Assembly: GCA_013151365.1 (NCBI GenBank)
Contig: JAADIK010000153.1
Coordinates: 1 to 54,893, forward strand
DNA length: 54,893 nucleotides
Direction of reading: 5' to 3'
Source: Deltaproteobacteria bacterium
GTDB lineage: Bacteria > Desulfobacterota > Desulfobulbia > Desulfobulbales > Desulfobulbaceae
The translations under genes and the position numbers were made by a program. Positions within the stretch are counted from its first letter, which is position 1. Each line of letters begins with the position of its first letter. Below, in pieces: positions 8,374 to 18,228 of this stretch. The notes under the pieces are model-generated. The model did no database searches and had not been told where the DNA came from. It was given only the letters and a program-made list of their open reading frames with translations.

Positions 8374-10338
8374 TTAATCCCGGGACAACACTCTTACATT
8401 CTGCAGCCGTGGAGGCATATCAATATTAAAATTTTTCAAAAATTTATCGTATACGATCTGGGTGGATAATATACCGATAAATGCCATATTTTCAGCAAAT
8501 CCCTGCCGGCTTCTTTTCCTGCACTTTGCCAGGAGCTTGAAGACGGCGGCGGGCTTGAAGACCCCGGCCGCCCGCAACATTGAATCAGAGAGATAATATT
8601 CAAGATAGCCGGGCTCCGCATCCCCGAAAAAACTTGCAATATCCGGAGCCATATAGGGCTGTTTTTTTCGTTTTACTATATTTGCAGGTAAAATATCCCG
8701 TACCGCCAATTTTAATATATTTTTTTCGTTAAGTGCTTTCATCTTCAGTTTTACCGGAATACGGCCGGCCAGGTCGACAACCCGATGATCAAGAAATGGA
8801 AATCGCCCTTCCACTGAATGTGCCATGGCCATCCGGTCGCCCTGGGAACAGAGAAGGTAATTCCCCAGCAACAGTTTCGACTCTAAAAACTGTGCCCGCA
8901 GGAAATAATCCAGTCCCGCCAGAGAGGGCGCAATATCAGCCAGTCGTTTCTCCGGTCGACCGGCGCCCTGCGTGATCCGGTCGGCAAGAAAAACATGGGT
9001 GCGGGCCGTGGTTTTCCAACGCGGGCGGTGGGCATAAAACAAATCCGTAACATCGGCCCCGGTATCAAAAAATTTGCGGGCATATTCCGCCGACCTGGTG
9101 GGGGAAAGGGCAAGGTAGGGATAAAGCCGCGTGAGCAGCCGGGGCCGCAGGGAGGAATTCAGGTCGCGATGAATAAAGAACCGGGTTTTGGCCTCCTTGA
9201 AAATATCATAGCCGCCCAGAATCTCATCCGCCCCTTCACCGGTCAAAACCACCTTGTAATGATTTTGCCTGACCAGCCCCGACAACATGTACATGGGAGC
9301 CGGAGCCGTACGTAATATAGGAACCTCCGCATGCCAGATGACATCGGGAAAAATTTCGGCAATGGTGTCATTGCCGCAGACCACCTCGTGGTGCTCGGTA
9401 CCCAGGTAGCGCACCATTTCCCTCTGCTCCTGTCGTTCATCATAGACCTTGTCGGCAAAGGCTACGGAGAAAGTCTTGAGAGGGTTATTCGTGTAATTCT
9501 TGATCAGCGAAGTAATGGCTGAGGAATCAAGGCCGCCGCTCAGGTAGGCCCCGACAGGGACATCGGCCCGCAGACGCAAACGGACCGCATCGAGAAGCAG
9601 TTCACGCAGTTCTTCCGCATATTCCTGTTCGGACACCGCGCCATCAGGATCCGGGTTAAAAGGAATTTCCCAATACTGTTCGGGGGCATGCACACCTGCT
9701 CTGTCGACCCGCAGCCAGTGACCTGGCAAAAGTTGATGAATGGACTCAAAGACCGTTTCATGGGCCGCCGGCATCCAGAAGGTAAAAATTTCGCTGAGGA
9801 CTTGCGGGTTGAACCGCCTTGGCACTGAAGGGTCTGCATTGAAAATTGATTTTACCTCTGAGCCGAAATAGAAACAGCCGTCATGAAAAGTGTAAAAAAG
9901 AGGTCGTATCCCCATCCGGTCCCGGGCCAGGAAAAGTTCTTTTTCATGGACATTATAAATGGCCAGGGCAAACTGGCCGTTCAATTCATCCAGGCAGTCT
10001 CGACCCTTTTCTTCAAAGAGATGAATAATGACCTCGGTGTCAGAGTTGGTTGAAAATATATGGCCCCGGCTTTCGAGTCCCTGACGGAGTTCGGGGTAAT
10101 TGAAGATTTCACCATTAAAAACAATCCACAATGATTGATCTTCATTGGCAAGCGGCTGCCACCCCCCCTCAAGATCAATGACAGACAATCTGGCATGCGC
10201 CATGCCCGCCATGTCGCCGAGATAAAAACCAAAACCATCCGGCCCCCGGTGCCGGACCGGAAAAATCATCCGCTCAAGAACCGACCGGTCAGGACGATGA
10301 TTGCTGTTCAGGTTAAAAAATCCGGCAATTCCACACAT
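8374..10338 (-). CDS. asparagine synthase (glutamine-hydrolysing) family amidotransferase
   Basis: N-terminal MCGIAGFF (Ntn glutaminase Cys2) and the PP-loop YLSGGLDSS. 654 aa. Confidence 0.9.
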   Translation of the reverse strand: MCGIAGFFNLNSNHRPDRSVLERMIFPVRHRGPDGFGFYLGDMAGMAHARLSVIDLEGGWQPLANEDQSLWIVFNGEIFNYPELRQGLESRGHIFSTNSDTEVIIHLFEEKGRDCLDELNGQFALAIYNVHEKELFLARDRMGIRPLFYTFHDGCFYFGSEVKSIFNADPSVPRRFNPQVLSEIFTFWMPAAHETVFESIHQLLPGHWLRVDRAGVHAPEQYWEIPFNPDPDGAVSEQEYAEELRELLLDAVRLRLRADVPVGAYLSGGLDSSAITSLIKNYTNNPLKTFSVAFADKVYDERQEQREMVRYLGTEHHEVVCGNDTIAEIFPDVIWHAEVPILRTAPAPMYMLSGLVRQNHYKVVLTGEGADEILGGYDIFKEAKTRFFIHRDLNSSLRPRLLTRLYPYLALSPTRSAEYARKFFDTGADVTDLFYAHRPRWKTTARTHVFLADRITQGAGRPEKRLADIAPSLAGLDYFLRAQFLESKLLLGNYLLCSQGDRMAMAHSVEGRFPFLDHRVVDLAGRIPVKLKMKALNEKNILKLAVRDILPANIVKRKKQPYMAPDIASFFGDAEPGYLEYYLSDSMLRAAGVFKPAAVFKLLAKCRKRSRQGFAENMAFIGILSTQIVYDKFLKNFNIDMPPRLQNVRVLSRD

Positions 10339-10572
10339 GACCGAGAACGCCTTACTCCTTTGAATTGTTGGTCAACTTAATTCCGCCAGTCGGAATTATC
10401 CCCCAAAAGAGCTAAAAAAGCGAGGAGTTATCCTGATAAAACGTATCAAGTAAACAAATAATCGGCATGCCTCCACGAAAGGCATGGAGACAATGGCCGG
10501 CTCGACGTTACAATAACGAGCTGCTCAAACCGGGGGGGAGCCGGAACCTTGGACGCGACCCTCATTCAAGCC

Positions 10573-10588
10573 TGGCATAATATTTGCT
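10573..10588 (+). promoter_or_regulatory. candidate sigma-54 promoter (-24/-12)
   Basis: TGGCATAATATTTGCT fits TGGCAC-N5-TTGCW with correct GG/GC spacing. It points toward repeat copy A and the 11109 gene. Confidence 0.3.
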
Positions 10589-10658
10589 TTGAAAACCACA
10601 TGACAGTCATCCGTTCAGGTATGAGTTTTATCGGCCCTGTCTTCGCGGTTATCCTCTA

Positions 10659-10847
10659 CCTGGATCAGTGACGGCTTGAGGTGAGGTTCCATGCAATAGT
10701 GGAATTTATTGTATTATTGTCGAATAAATGTATTTCCTGGTCTTCACCGTGCCGCCCTGCGGGGCGCTCGAGAACGGCACATCTGCTGCGTTGGCAACTC
10801 GTTGCTGCCTTGCATTTGCACTGTTCTCGAACACTCACGGATTCAGG
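10659..10847 (+). repeat. family-1 element, copy A (both termini present, 29-nt internal deletion)
   Basis: Runs from CCTGGATCAGTGACGGCTTGAGG to TCACGGATTCAGG. It lacks the central hairpin segment found in copies B, C, D, E and L. Confidence 0.85.
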
Positions 10848-11108
10848 CTCTATTCTGTCGCCGCCGCGGCAACGACAAGAGATGCAACCGCTGCCAGGCC
10901 GGCAATGAATAACAAAAACGTAACTCGTCCGTCTTTAAGGGGACAGGGGCCGAGTCCCATGATTTCGCCACAATCCTTTCCGTTGGCACTCATGACAAAA
11001 TTTATGATATAATAAAATATATAAATACCGATATCACGATGAACAACAGAAAAGGCTCTGGTTTTTATAACAACTGTTGCTCTTTCGCGACTCAGGGAGC
11101 TCTCAACC

Positions 11109-12419
11109 ATGATACCATGCAATAATTATTTCATAAGCAGCAGCACCCGACGTATATTATGGATATGGTTTCTGGCCGGCATCTCGTTTCTATTGCTGCC
11201 AATCACCAGTTCATTCGGTCGCGATGTATCTTTTGTCTGGACGGCCAACACGGGCACTATCGACGGTTACAAGCTATATTACAAAACAGGAACCAGCGGC
11301 GCACCTTATGACGGCACCGGTGCCACCGAGGGTCCATCCCCCGTAACAACCGGCAATGTCACATCTTTTACCCTGCACGGCCTGTCAGACACCGAAACCT
11401 ATTATTTTACCCTCACCGCCTATGTCGGTTCTCTGGAAAGCGGCTATGCAACAGAGGTTGTCGTGCCTCCCGTTTCTGCGAACAGCCCGCCTACCGCCTC
11501 TGGCGCAACCATCTCTACCAAGGAAAACTCGCCAATAACAGGGCAGCTCAGCGCCAACGACCCCGACGGCGACGCCCTTACCTATTCCATCGTCACCAAT
11601 GGAAACCTCGGCAGCGTCGTTATCAACAACCAGGCAACAGGCGCATTCACCTACACCCCGAACACCGATGCCACCGGCAACGATTCGTTCTCTTTCAAGG
11701 TCAACGACGGCACCGTCGACTCAAATACGGCTACCGTCAATGTCACCATACTGCCGGCATCCACGGTCACAAAAATATTCGGCGACACGCCGGATGCCGA
11801 TTATCCGGGAACTCTCGCTGATACCTATACAAACCTCAATAACAACATCAATGCGGCTGCCGCTACGCTCACAACCTATTCCTGGTCATCTCCCGCTCCT
11901 CACAAAGTCGCGAACACTATTATTATAAAGGCTGACCTGGCAAGCATTCCCAGTGCCGCTATCATTCAGGAAGCAAGGATTTACCTCTACCAGACAGGTG
12001 CCAACGGAGAGGCCGAATACAACAACAGTATCCACATGATTACCGGCAAGGACCCGCAAATCGACCAGGTATCAGGTTACAATGCTTACAATGGCGAACC
12101 ATGGACCCCGGTTCCCGCCAATACAACTTACAACGATGTGCCATTGGGCCTGGCGGACATCGGACCACAGGAGGACACGGTTCAGCTGAATACCCAGAAC
12201 GGCTACCGCTCCTGGCTGGTCACCAAGATGGTCCAGAAATGGGTCAGCGACCCGTCCACTAATCACGGGCTCTTGATCAAAGGAGAGACAACTGCAATTG
12301 AAACCGGGCGGGATTTTGCGGCGTCGGAAAACCAGGATGCGGCCATCCGGCCCAAACTGGTCATCCGCTATACCTTACATAAGGCTCCCAAATTAATTTT
12401 AATAAAAGAAATCAAGTAG
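11109..12419 (+). CDS. secreted protein with FN3-like, cadherin/VCBS-like Ig and C-terminal DNRLRE-like domains
   Basis: Signal-like N-terminus. FN3-like YKLYY...YYFTLTAY. An Ig-repeat segment reads DPDGDALTYSIV...FTYTPN...DSFSFKVNDG. The C-terminal segment ends in HGLLIKGE. Confidence 0.75.
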   Translation: MIPCNNYFISSSTRRILWIWFLAGISFLLLPITSSFGRDVSFVWTANTGTIDGYKLYYKTGTSGAPYDGTGATEGPSPVTTGNVTSFTLHGLSDTETYYFTLTAYVGSLESGYATEVVVPPVSANSPPTASGATISTKENSPITGQLSANDPDGDALTYSIVTNGNLGSVVINNQATGAFTYTPNTDATGNDSFSFKVNDGTVDSNTATVNVTILPASTVTKIFGDTPDADYPGTLADTYTNLNNNINAAAATLTTYSWSSPAPHKVANTIIIKADLASIPSAAIIQEARIYLYQTGANGEAEYNNSIHMITGKDPQIDQVSGYNAYNGEPWTPVPANTTYNDVPLGLADIGPQEDTVQLNTQNGYRSWLVTKMVQKWVSDPSTNHGLLIKGETTAIETGRDFAASENQDAAIRPKLVIRYTLHKAPKLILIKEIK

Positions 12420-12445
12420 GGCCGGCCCAAGTCGTATCTCGTTTT

Positions 12446-12493
12446 GCAAATAAATACGTCATGATTTTCAATGCCAAGGACGTATTTATTTGC
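12446..12493. terminator. hairpin between convergent genes (possible bidirectional terminator)
   Basis: Perfect 15-bp inverted repeat GCAAATAAATACGTC / GACGTATTTATTTGC with an 18-nt loop, flanked by a T-run on the left. Confidence 0.45.
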
Positions 12494-12496
12494 CCG

Positions 12497-13630
12497 TTAC
12501 CGTTGTGACGGAGTCCACAGCACGATACGTTCACCTTTAAGGTATTTTATCCAGGCAATAAATATCGCCGCATTAACAATCAGGAAGAAAGTGGGGGTTT
12601 TGAGCAGGCCGCGTAACTTCTGCGTCTTCCAGCCCAAGATGCCGAGGCCGTAAAACAACAGTTGACCAAGCAATAAAAGCTGAAAGAATAATGAATTAAA
12701 CGCCAGGCAAACATTTGCGACCAAGGCGGATATCAAGAAAAAGGGCACCAGCCAGCGCAATAATTTGTGGCAGAAAAATTGATATGCAAACAAACCATAC
12801 CTGAAAGGGTTCAAAAACTCCAAGTGACCGAAAAACACGGTTATTCCCCTGACAACGGTCCGAACTTTCCTCTCAAGCTCGTGTTTCCCATTTGCAACAT
12901 CCAGGTAATAACCAATGGCCGCAGGGTCACTTACCCCTCTTAATCCAAGTTTAATACTGCTCAACAATGTCCGGAAATCACTTTGCACATCGCCGGAAAA
13001 ATCCCGGCACACTTCCTTTCTGGCAGCAAAAAAAGAGCCGCTTAAACCAACCAGCGAATTAACGCTTGACTCCAATCTTCTAAGCCACATTTCGTACCGA
13101 ACATATAACCCCTCACCGCTCGGTTGACCATCCTGGCCAAGGAGACGGTCTTCACTGCTGACACAGCCTACCGACGGGTCGGCGAAATTTGCAACAATCT
13201 CCTGAATTGCATTCGAGTCAAGCCTGGTCGCAACATCCGAAAAAACAAGAATCTCTCCGTTAGCATGCCGTACCGCTACCTTCTGGGCATTCTCCTTGCC
13301 ACTCCGCGGCGTGATATCGAGCAGACCGATTCCTCGATCAGCGAATTCCGCCACGATACGGTTGGTAGCATCTGTTGAACCGTCGGATGCCACCAGAACC
13401 TCCAACGTACCCCCTGAGTATGCAAGCTGCAGGGTATTCTCCAATTTCTCCCGGATACGATTTTCTTCGTTAAATACCGTTATAATAAGAGTAACCGGCA
13501 GGCTTATTTTGTCACGAGAATGATTCCGCCCCTTGATATATCTCAGGAGCAGGAGAGTCAACGGGTAGCCGAAATATGCATAAAAAACTAAAAAAATTGA
13601 AAAAAATAATATAAATATCAAAATACTCAT
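12497..13630 (-). CDS. family 2 glycosyltransferase (membrane-anchored)
   Basis: VTLIITVFNEE and VASDGSTDAT (DxD-type GT-A motifs), with N- and C-terminal TM segments. Confidence 0.85.
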   Translation of the reverse strand: MSILIFILFFSIFLVFYAYFGYPLTLLLLRYIKGRNHSRDKISLPVTLIITVFNEENRIREKLENTLQLAYSGGTLEVLVASDGSTDATNRIVAEFADRGIGLLDITPRSGKENAQKVAVRHANGEILVFSDVATRLDSNAIQEIVANFADPSVGCVSSEDRLLGQDGQPSGEGLYVRYEMWLRRLESSVNSLVGLSGSFFAARKEVCRDFSGDVQSDFRTLLSSIKLGLRGVSDPAAIGYYLDVANGKHELERKVRTVVRGITVFFGHLEFLNPFRYGLFAYQFFCHKLLRWLVPFFLISALVANVCLAFNSLFFQLLLLGQLLFYGLGILGWKTQKLRGLLKTPTFFLIVNAAIFIAWIKYLKGERIVLWTPSQR

Positions 13631-13756
13631 AATTAACCCATATCCGGAGGACCTACCGGTTAGTGCCCATTCATAAACGGTCTTTTAGGTCCGAAATCAA
13701 GGGGCTGCGATGGAAAACAGTAAACCCTTTTTTATTCCCCAATATGCTGTATAATA

Positions 13757-14650
13757 TTGATCATGGTCGCCTTGATGAGACACAATTTTTTTGCCTGTTT
13801 TCTGGGATTTCTCGCTTTATTACTGGCCTGCGGCCGGCCGGCCGGGGCATTGGCCGGGCAACGGCAACTTTCCGTCTTTGTTTCCATTCTGCCGGAGGAG
13901 TACTTTGTCAAACGAATCGGCGGTGACCGGGTCCGGGTGGAGGCTCTGGTCCGGCCCGGCCAAAGTCCGGAAACCTATGAGCCGACTCCGCAACAGATGG
14001 CCAGGCTCGCCCGGACCCGCATTTATTTCCGCATCGGCGTCCCCTTTGAAAACGGCCTCATTCCCAAGCTGATTCGCTCCATGCCGCATCTGACCATTAT
14101 TGATCTGCGGGCGGGCCTTGACCTTCTGGAGCTTGAAGGCGCGCAATCCGGTGAACTCGATCCCCATACCTGGCTCGATCCGCTGCTGGTCAAAAAACAG
14201 GCCCGACTCATCATGGAGACCCTGGTCCGTTTCGACCCCGAGGGGACGAAGCAGTACCGGTCCAATTATCGACAATTCGCCCACGATCTCGAGACGCTGA
14301 ACAGCCGCCTGCTCACTATCCTTCGCCCCCTGGCGGGCCGGACCGTCTATGTCTTTCACCCGGCATACGGCTATTTCTGCCGGGCCTACAACCTGATCCA
14401 GAGGGCCGTTATCGAACAGGGCAAGAGACCAGGCGGCAAACGCCTGGCCCGCCTCATCGAACAGGCCAGGCGCGACCGGGTCAAAGTCATCTTTGTGCAG
14501 CCGCAATTTTCCTCCAGGGCCGCCAAGACCATAGCCCAGGCCATTGGCGGCACAGTGATCGCCCTGGACCCCCTGGCGCGGGACTATATTGCCAACATGA
14601 AAACCATGGCCGAAAAACTGGCAAGGGGCCTGCATGAAACCGCACCTTAG
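13757..14650 (+). CDS. metal (Zn/Mn) ABC transporter substrate-binding lipoprotein, ZnuA/TroA family
   Basis: Lipobox LLLACG. TroA-like motifs include DPHTWLDP and FVQPQFS. The start is uncertain (TTG 13757, ATG 13763 or ATG 13775). No permease or ATPase partner is adjacent. Confidence 0.85.
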   Translation: MIMVALMRHNFFACFLGFLALLLACGRPAGALAGQRQLSVFVSILPEEYFVKRIGGDRVRVEALVRPGQSPETYEPTPQQMARLARTRIYFRIGVPFENGLIPKLIRSMPHLTIIDLRAGLDLLELEGAQSGELDPHTWLDPLLVKKQARLIMETLVRFDPEGTKQYRSNYRQFAHDLETLNSRLLTILRPLAGRTVYVFHPAYGYFCRAYNLIQRAVIEQGKRPGGKRLARLIEQARRDRVKVIFVQPQFSSRAAKTIAQAIGGTVIALDPLARDYIANMKTMAEKLARGLHETAP

Positions 14651-14773
14651 AAACCGGCCAACAACGAGCCCGGCGAATCGGCGCCTGTCCACGGGATTCC
14701 GCCGGCGGGCGAAAAGTGAACGTCCGACCATGAAATTGTTCGAGCGACCCGCCGACGCCACCCGGACCGTGTG

Positions 14774-15292
14774 ATGAAAATCATCTCCGGCGGCCAGACA
14801 GGCGCGGACCGCGCCGCTCTTGATGCGGCCAGAGAGTTGGGACTCCCGCACGGCGGCTGGCTGCCCAGGGGCCGAAAAACCGAAAACGGCCCCCTGCCCC
14901 GCAGCTATGCCCTTGAAGAGCTCGACAGTCCCGAATACCGGCCGCGCACGGAAAAAAACGTCCTTGCCGGCGACGGCACACTGATTATCTCCTTTGGCCC
15001 GCTCACCGGCGGATCCGCCCTGACCGAAAACCTGGCCCGGCGCCACAACCGCCCCTGTCTGCACATCAACCTTGAAGAGACGACAGACAACCAGGCAGCG
15101 GCCTTGATCATGGCATGGCTGCGCCGGTATCGTATTGCCACTCTCAATGTCGCCGGGCCGAGGGCCAGCGGCGACCCCCGCATCTACCGGGCCGTCTTGC
15201 ATCTCTTGAAAGAAATCCCCTGGCAGGAACTGGACCGAAAGAGCCAAAGAACTGCGGGCAGGCAAATGCCCTCCATGCCTGCAACCGACTGA
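14774..15292 (+). CDS. YpsA/SLOG-family protein (annotated elsewhere as putative molybdenum carrier)
   Basis: N-terminal MKIISGGQTGADRAALDAA...GGWLPRGR signature. ATG 14774 is preceded by an in-frame GTG at 14771. Confidence 0.7.
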   Translation: MKIISGGQTGADRAALDAARELGLPHGGWLPRGRKTENGPLPRSYALEELDSPEYRPRTEKNVLAGDGTLIISFGPLTGGSALTENLARRHNRPCLHINLEETTDNQAAALIMAWLRRYRIATLNVAGPRASGDPRIYRAVLHLLKEIPWQELDRKSQRTAGRQMPSMPATD

Positions 15293-15346
15293 AAAACCGG
15301 GGTGAATCAATCGCCGGCCGCCGGCCTCTTGCCGACCGGGATCACG

Positions 15347-16525
15347 TCAGGGGTTCAAAGCGGCGCAACAGGTTTTCCCGCCCCGGCCGGGGTCACGCCA
15401 CGGCGACTCGTAGCCGCCCGGTATACCTTTCGGCGAGAGCAGGACCTGCCAGACCTGATTTTTCCGAGCCCGGAAGGAACCGGCGCAGGAGAGCAGATAA
15501 TATTTCCACATCCGGTAAAAGCGCTCATCGTAGCTGTCTCGCAGTGACGGCCAATGGGCGTCGAAATTCTCGAACCAGCGCATGAGGGTTTTATCGTAGT
15601 CGGCACCGAAATTATGCCAGTCTTCAAGCACGAAAATGCCATCGAAACCCTGACAGATCTGCTCGGCCGAGGGGAGCATGGAATTGGGAAAGATGTAGTG
15701 TTCGATCCAGGGATCCATATCGACCTGGGAATGGTTGCCGCCGATGGTATGCAGCAGAAACAGGCCGTTGTCATCGAGGCAACGGCGGACCGTCGTCATG
15801 AACGTCCGATAATTTTTTCTGCCGACGTGTTCGAACATGCCCAGGGAAAGAATACGATCAAAGGGTTCGTTCAGCTGTCGATAGTCCTGCAGGCGAAACT
15901 CGACCGGCAGTCCCCGGCATAACTCTGTCGCCAGCCGGACCTGCTCCTCGGACACGGTAACTCCCACCACCTCCACCTGGTAGCGCTCGGCGGCGAATTT
16001 TGCCATGCCGCCCCAGCCACAGCCGATATCCAGCACCCGCAATCCCGGCCGCAGATGCAGCTTGCGACAGACCATGTCCAGCTTGGCCTCCTGCGCTTCA
16101 TCCAGAGTCGCGGCATTCTTCCAGTAGCCGCAGCTGTAGATCATGCGTTGATCAAGCATCGCCCGGTACAGGTCATTCCCCTTATCATAATGCCGCCGGC
16201 CGACCTCAAAGGCCCTGCTTTCCTTCTGGAGATTGAACAGCCTCGCCTTCAGAATGTGAGAGAATTCGGCCAAGGCCCGGACCTGGCAGTCCAGACCGGC
16301 GCCGAGAATCCGATAAAAAAAATCGTCCAGGCGGCGACAATCCCACCAGCCGTCCATGTATGACTCGCCCAGCCCCATGGAGCCCTGGGTCAGCACCCGC
16401 CAATAAAACTTTTCGTTATGAACCTGCAGGTCCCAGGGACGGTCGCCGTTGATGGCAATGTCGGCACAGGCAAGGAACCGCTCAACTCGATGGTGAAATT
16501 TACCCTTTAACATAACGTTCCCCAT
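15347..16525 (-). CDS. cfa: cyclopropane-fatty-acyl-phospholipid synthase
   Basis: SAM motif VLDIGCGWGG and conserved HYD.GNDLY and FEHVG blocks. The C-terminal ~25 residues extend beyond typical Cfa. Confidence 0.9.
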   Translation of the reverse strand: MGNVMLKGKFHHRVERFLACADIAINGDRPWDLQVHNEKFYWRVLTQGSMGLGESYMDGWWDCRRLDDFFYRILGAGLDCQVRALAEFSHILKARLFNLQKESRAFEVGRRHYDKGNDLYRAMLDQRMIYSCGYWKNAATLDEAQEAKLDMVCRKLHLRPGLRVLDIGCGWGGMAKFAAERYQVEVVGVTVSEEQVRLATELCRGLPVEFRLQDYRQLNEPFDRILSLGMFEHVGRKNYRTFMTTVRRCLDDNGLFLLHTIGGNHSQVDMDPWIEHYIFPNSMLPSAEQICQGFDGIFVLEDWHNFGADYDKTLMRWFENFDAHWPSLRDSYDERFYRMWKYYLLSCAGSFRARKNQVWQVLLSPKGIPGGYESPWRDPGRGGKTCCAALNP

Positions 16526-16641
16526 AGTATTTCTACAGGACTACATTAACACCTCCGGCATTGTAAATAAAGATACAGTTTTTGCTCATTTCATGGAAGT
16601 GAATTTGTGCAATACGCCTGCCAAAATAAACTCCATGCGGC

Positions 16642-16678
16642 AAAATAAAAAGGCCGCTTCCTGTAAGGAAACGGCCTT
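16642..16678 (-). terminator. rho-independent terminator after tRNA-Asn
   Basis: On the minus strand, stem AAGGCCG...CGGCCTT with inner TTCC/GGAA pairs, followed by TTTATTTT. Confidence 0.65.
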
Positions 16679-16687
16679 CGTCATATC

Positions 16688-16763
16688 TGGCTCCTCGGGA
16701 CGGACTCGAACCGCCGACAGGGTGGTTAACAGCCACCTGCTCTACCAACTGAGCTACCGAGGA
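16688..16763 (-). tRNA. tRNA-Asn (GTT)
   Basis: Reverse complement TCCTCGGTAGCTCAGTTGGTAGAGCAGGTGGCTGTTAACCACCCTGTCGGCGGTTCGAGTCCGTCCCGAGGAGCCA. The anticodon loop is CTGTTAA. Confidence 0.92.
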
Positions 16764-16954
16764 ACGTAACTCGTTTGTTCGTAATTTTTATTTTTTTGCA
16801 ACGGCAAACGCTGTGCGGACAACACCGTTCCAAAGCGGAATTTATTAGCACAGCCGGGGATAGCCGTCAAGTGAAAATTAAAAAAGGAGTTGCGCTCACC
16901 GACAAAAACCGGTATCAGATACCCACTTTTCAACCCTACCCGCAAACACGCCGT

Positions 16955-17032
<78 letters not shown>

Positions 17033-17074
17033 GTTTTGCCAACGGCTTTTACCCCGCCTCAATCAGCGCCGTTT

Positions 17075-17998
17075 TCAGGCAGAAGGCATGTCGGCCACCG
17101 CGAAGATAACGTTTTCATCCTCTCCTGCCATCTCCCGGACCATCGTGGCACCATGATCGCGCAGCCAGTCGACCACCTCGGTGACCAGCTTTTCCGGGGC
17201 CGAGGCCCCGGCGGTCAGACCGATATTCCGCACCCCGGCCAGCCAGTCCGGATCGATCTCGTCCGCCTGGTCTATCAGGTAAGCGACAACGCCCCGATGT
17301 TCGGCAACCTCTCGCAACCGGTTGGAGTTGGAGCTGTTTTTCGACCCCACTACCAGCAGGAGATCCACCATGCCTGACAATTCCCGTACGGCGTTCTGCC
17401 GGTTGGTCGTTGCATAGCAGATATCGGTCCGTTCCGGTTCACTGATGGCCGGAAATCGCTGCCTGATCGCGGCAAGCAAGGCCCCGGTATCGTCAAGGCT
17501 GAGGGTTGTCTGGGTGACATAACCCACCCGCGCGGAATCTTTGACCTGCACCCTGGCGACTTCCTCGATGCTGGAAACAACATGAACCGCACCGGTAGCC
17601 CGGCCGCAGGTCCCCTCGACCTCCGGATGCCCCAGGTGGCCGATGACCAGGACATCGCAACCCATTTTATTCAGGCGGACGGCCCGCCGATGCACCTTGG
17701 ACACCAGCGGGCAGGTTGCGTCTATGGTGCGCAGCCCCAGTTCTCCGGCCCGCTCCTCAACTGCCCGGGAAACTCCGTGGGCGCTGAAGATGACGACCGA
17801 GCCCTCGGGTATCGTTTCCAGTTCTTCAACAAAAACCGCGCCCTTTTTCGCCAGATCGCAAATAACGCGGGTGTTGTGCACTATCTCGTGCAGCACATAG
17901 ACCGGCGGTCCGTATCGATCCAGGGCCTGCCGGACAATAGTGATCGCCCGTTTGACCCCGGCACAGAAGCCGCGCGGCTTCGCCAGAATAACATTCAT
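17075..17998 (-). CDS. ispH: 4-hydroxy-3-methylbut-2-enyl diphosphate reductase
   Basis: N-terminal ILAKPRGFCAGVKRAI, with conserved Cys and His blocks HEIVHN and SAHGVS. Confidence 0.92.
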   Translation of the reverse strand: MNVILAKPRGFCAGVKRAITIVRQALDRYGPPVYVLHEIVHNTRVICDLAKKGAVFVEELETIPEGSVVIFSAHGVSRAVEERAGELGLRTIDATCPLVSKVHRRAVRLNKMGCDVLVIGHLGHPEVEGTCGRATGAVHVVSSIEEVARVQVKDSARVGYVTQTTLSLDDTGALLAAIRQRFPAISEPERTDICYATTNRQNAVRELSGMVDLLLVVGSKNSSNSNRLREVAEHRGVVAYLIDQADEIDPDWLAGVRNIGLTAGASAPEKLVTEVVDWLRDHGATMVREMAGEDENVIFAVADMPSA

Positions 17999-18228
17999 AA
18001 AAGTATACCTGAATCAAGGCGGTTCCGCCTGTGCTTCCATTGTTGTTTATCTTGTGTTCACAGCCTCGTGCATAGAATCAAATGGTTAAAAAGTCAATAA
18101 CGAAAGACTCTCCGCACCGGATCGAGCCGTGAGGGCCGGGGACGGCGCCGTCATTGTGCAAATAAACATTCTCAGGTATAAGGAAAAAGAGAGTATTGCG
18201 GACCGCCCGGCATTGAAAACCCGTAAAC

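Noticed and set aside
13735-13765. A possible Zur box (AT-rich partial palindrome TGCTGTATAATATTGATCA) overlapping the znuA-like start.
   Set aside because: Only about 12 of 19 positions are palindromic, and the match to the GAAATGTTATAATATAACATTTC-type consensus is weak. It may simply be a -10 element.
15341-15365. The Cfa C-terminal tail ending ...ALNP*, as another remnant of a family-1 terminus.
   Set aside because: The sequence TTGAACCCCTGACGTGATCC shares only scattered positions with CCTGAATCCGTGACGG, and no further element sequence follows.
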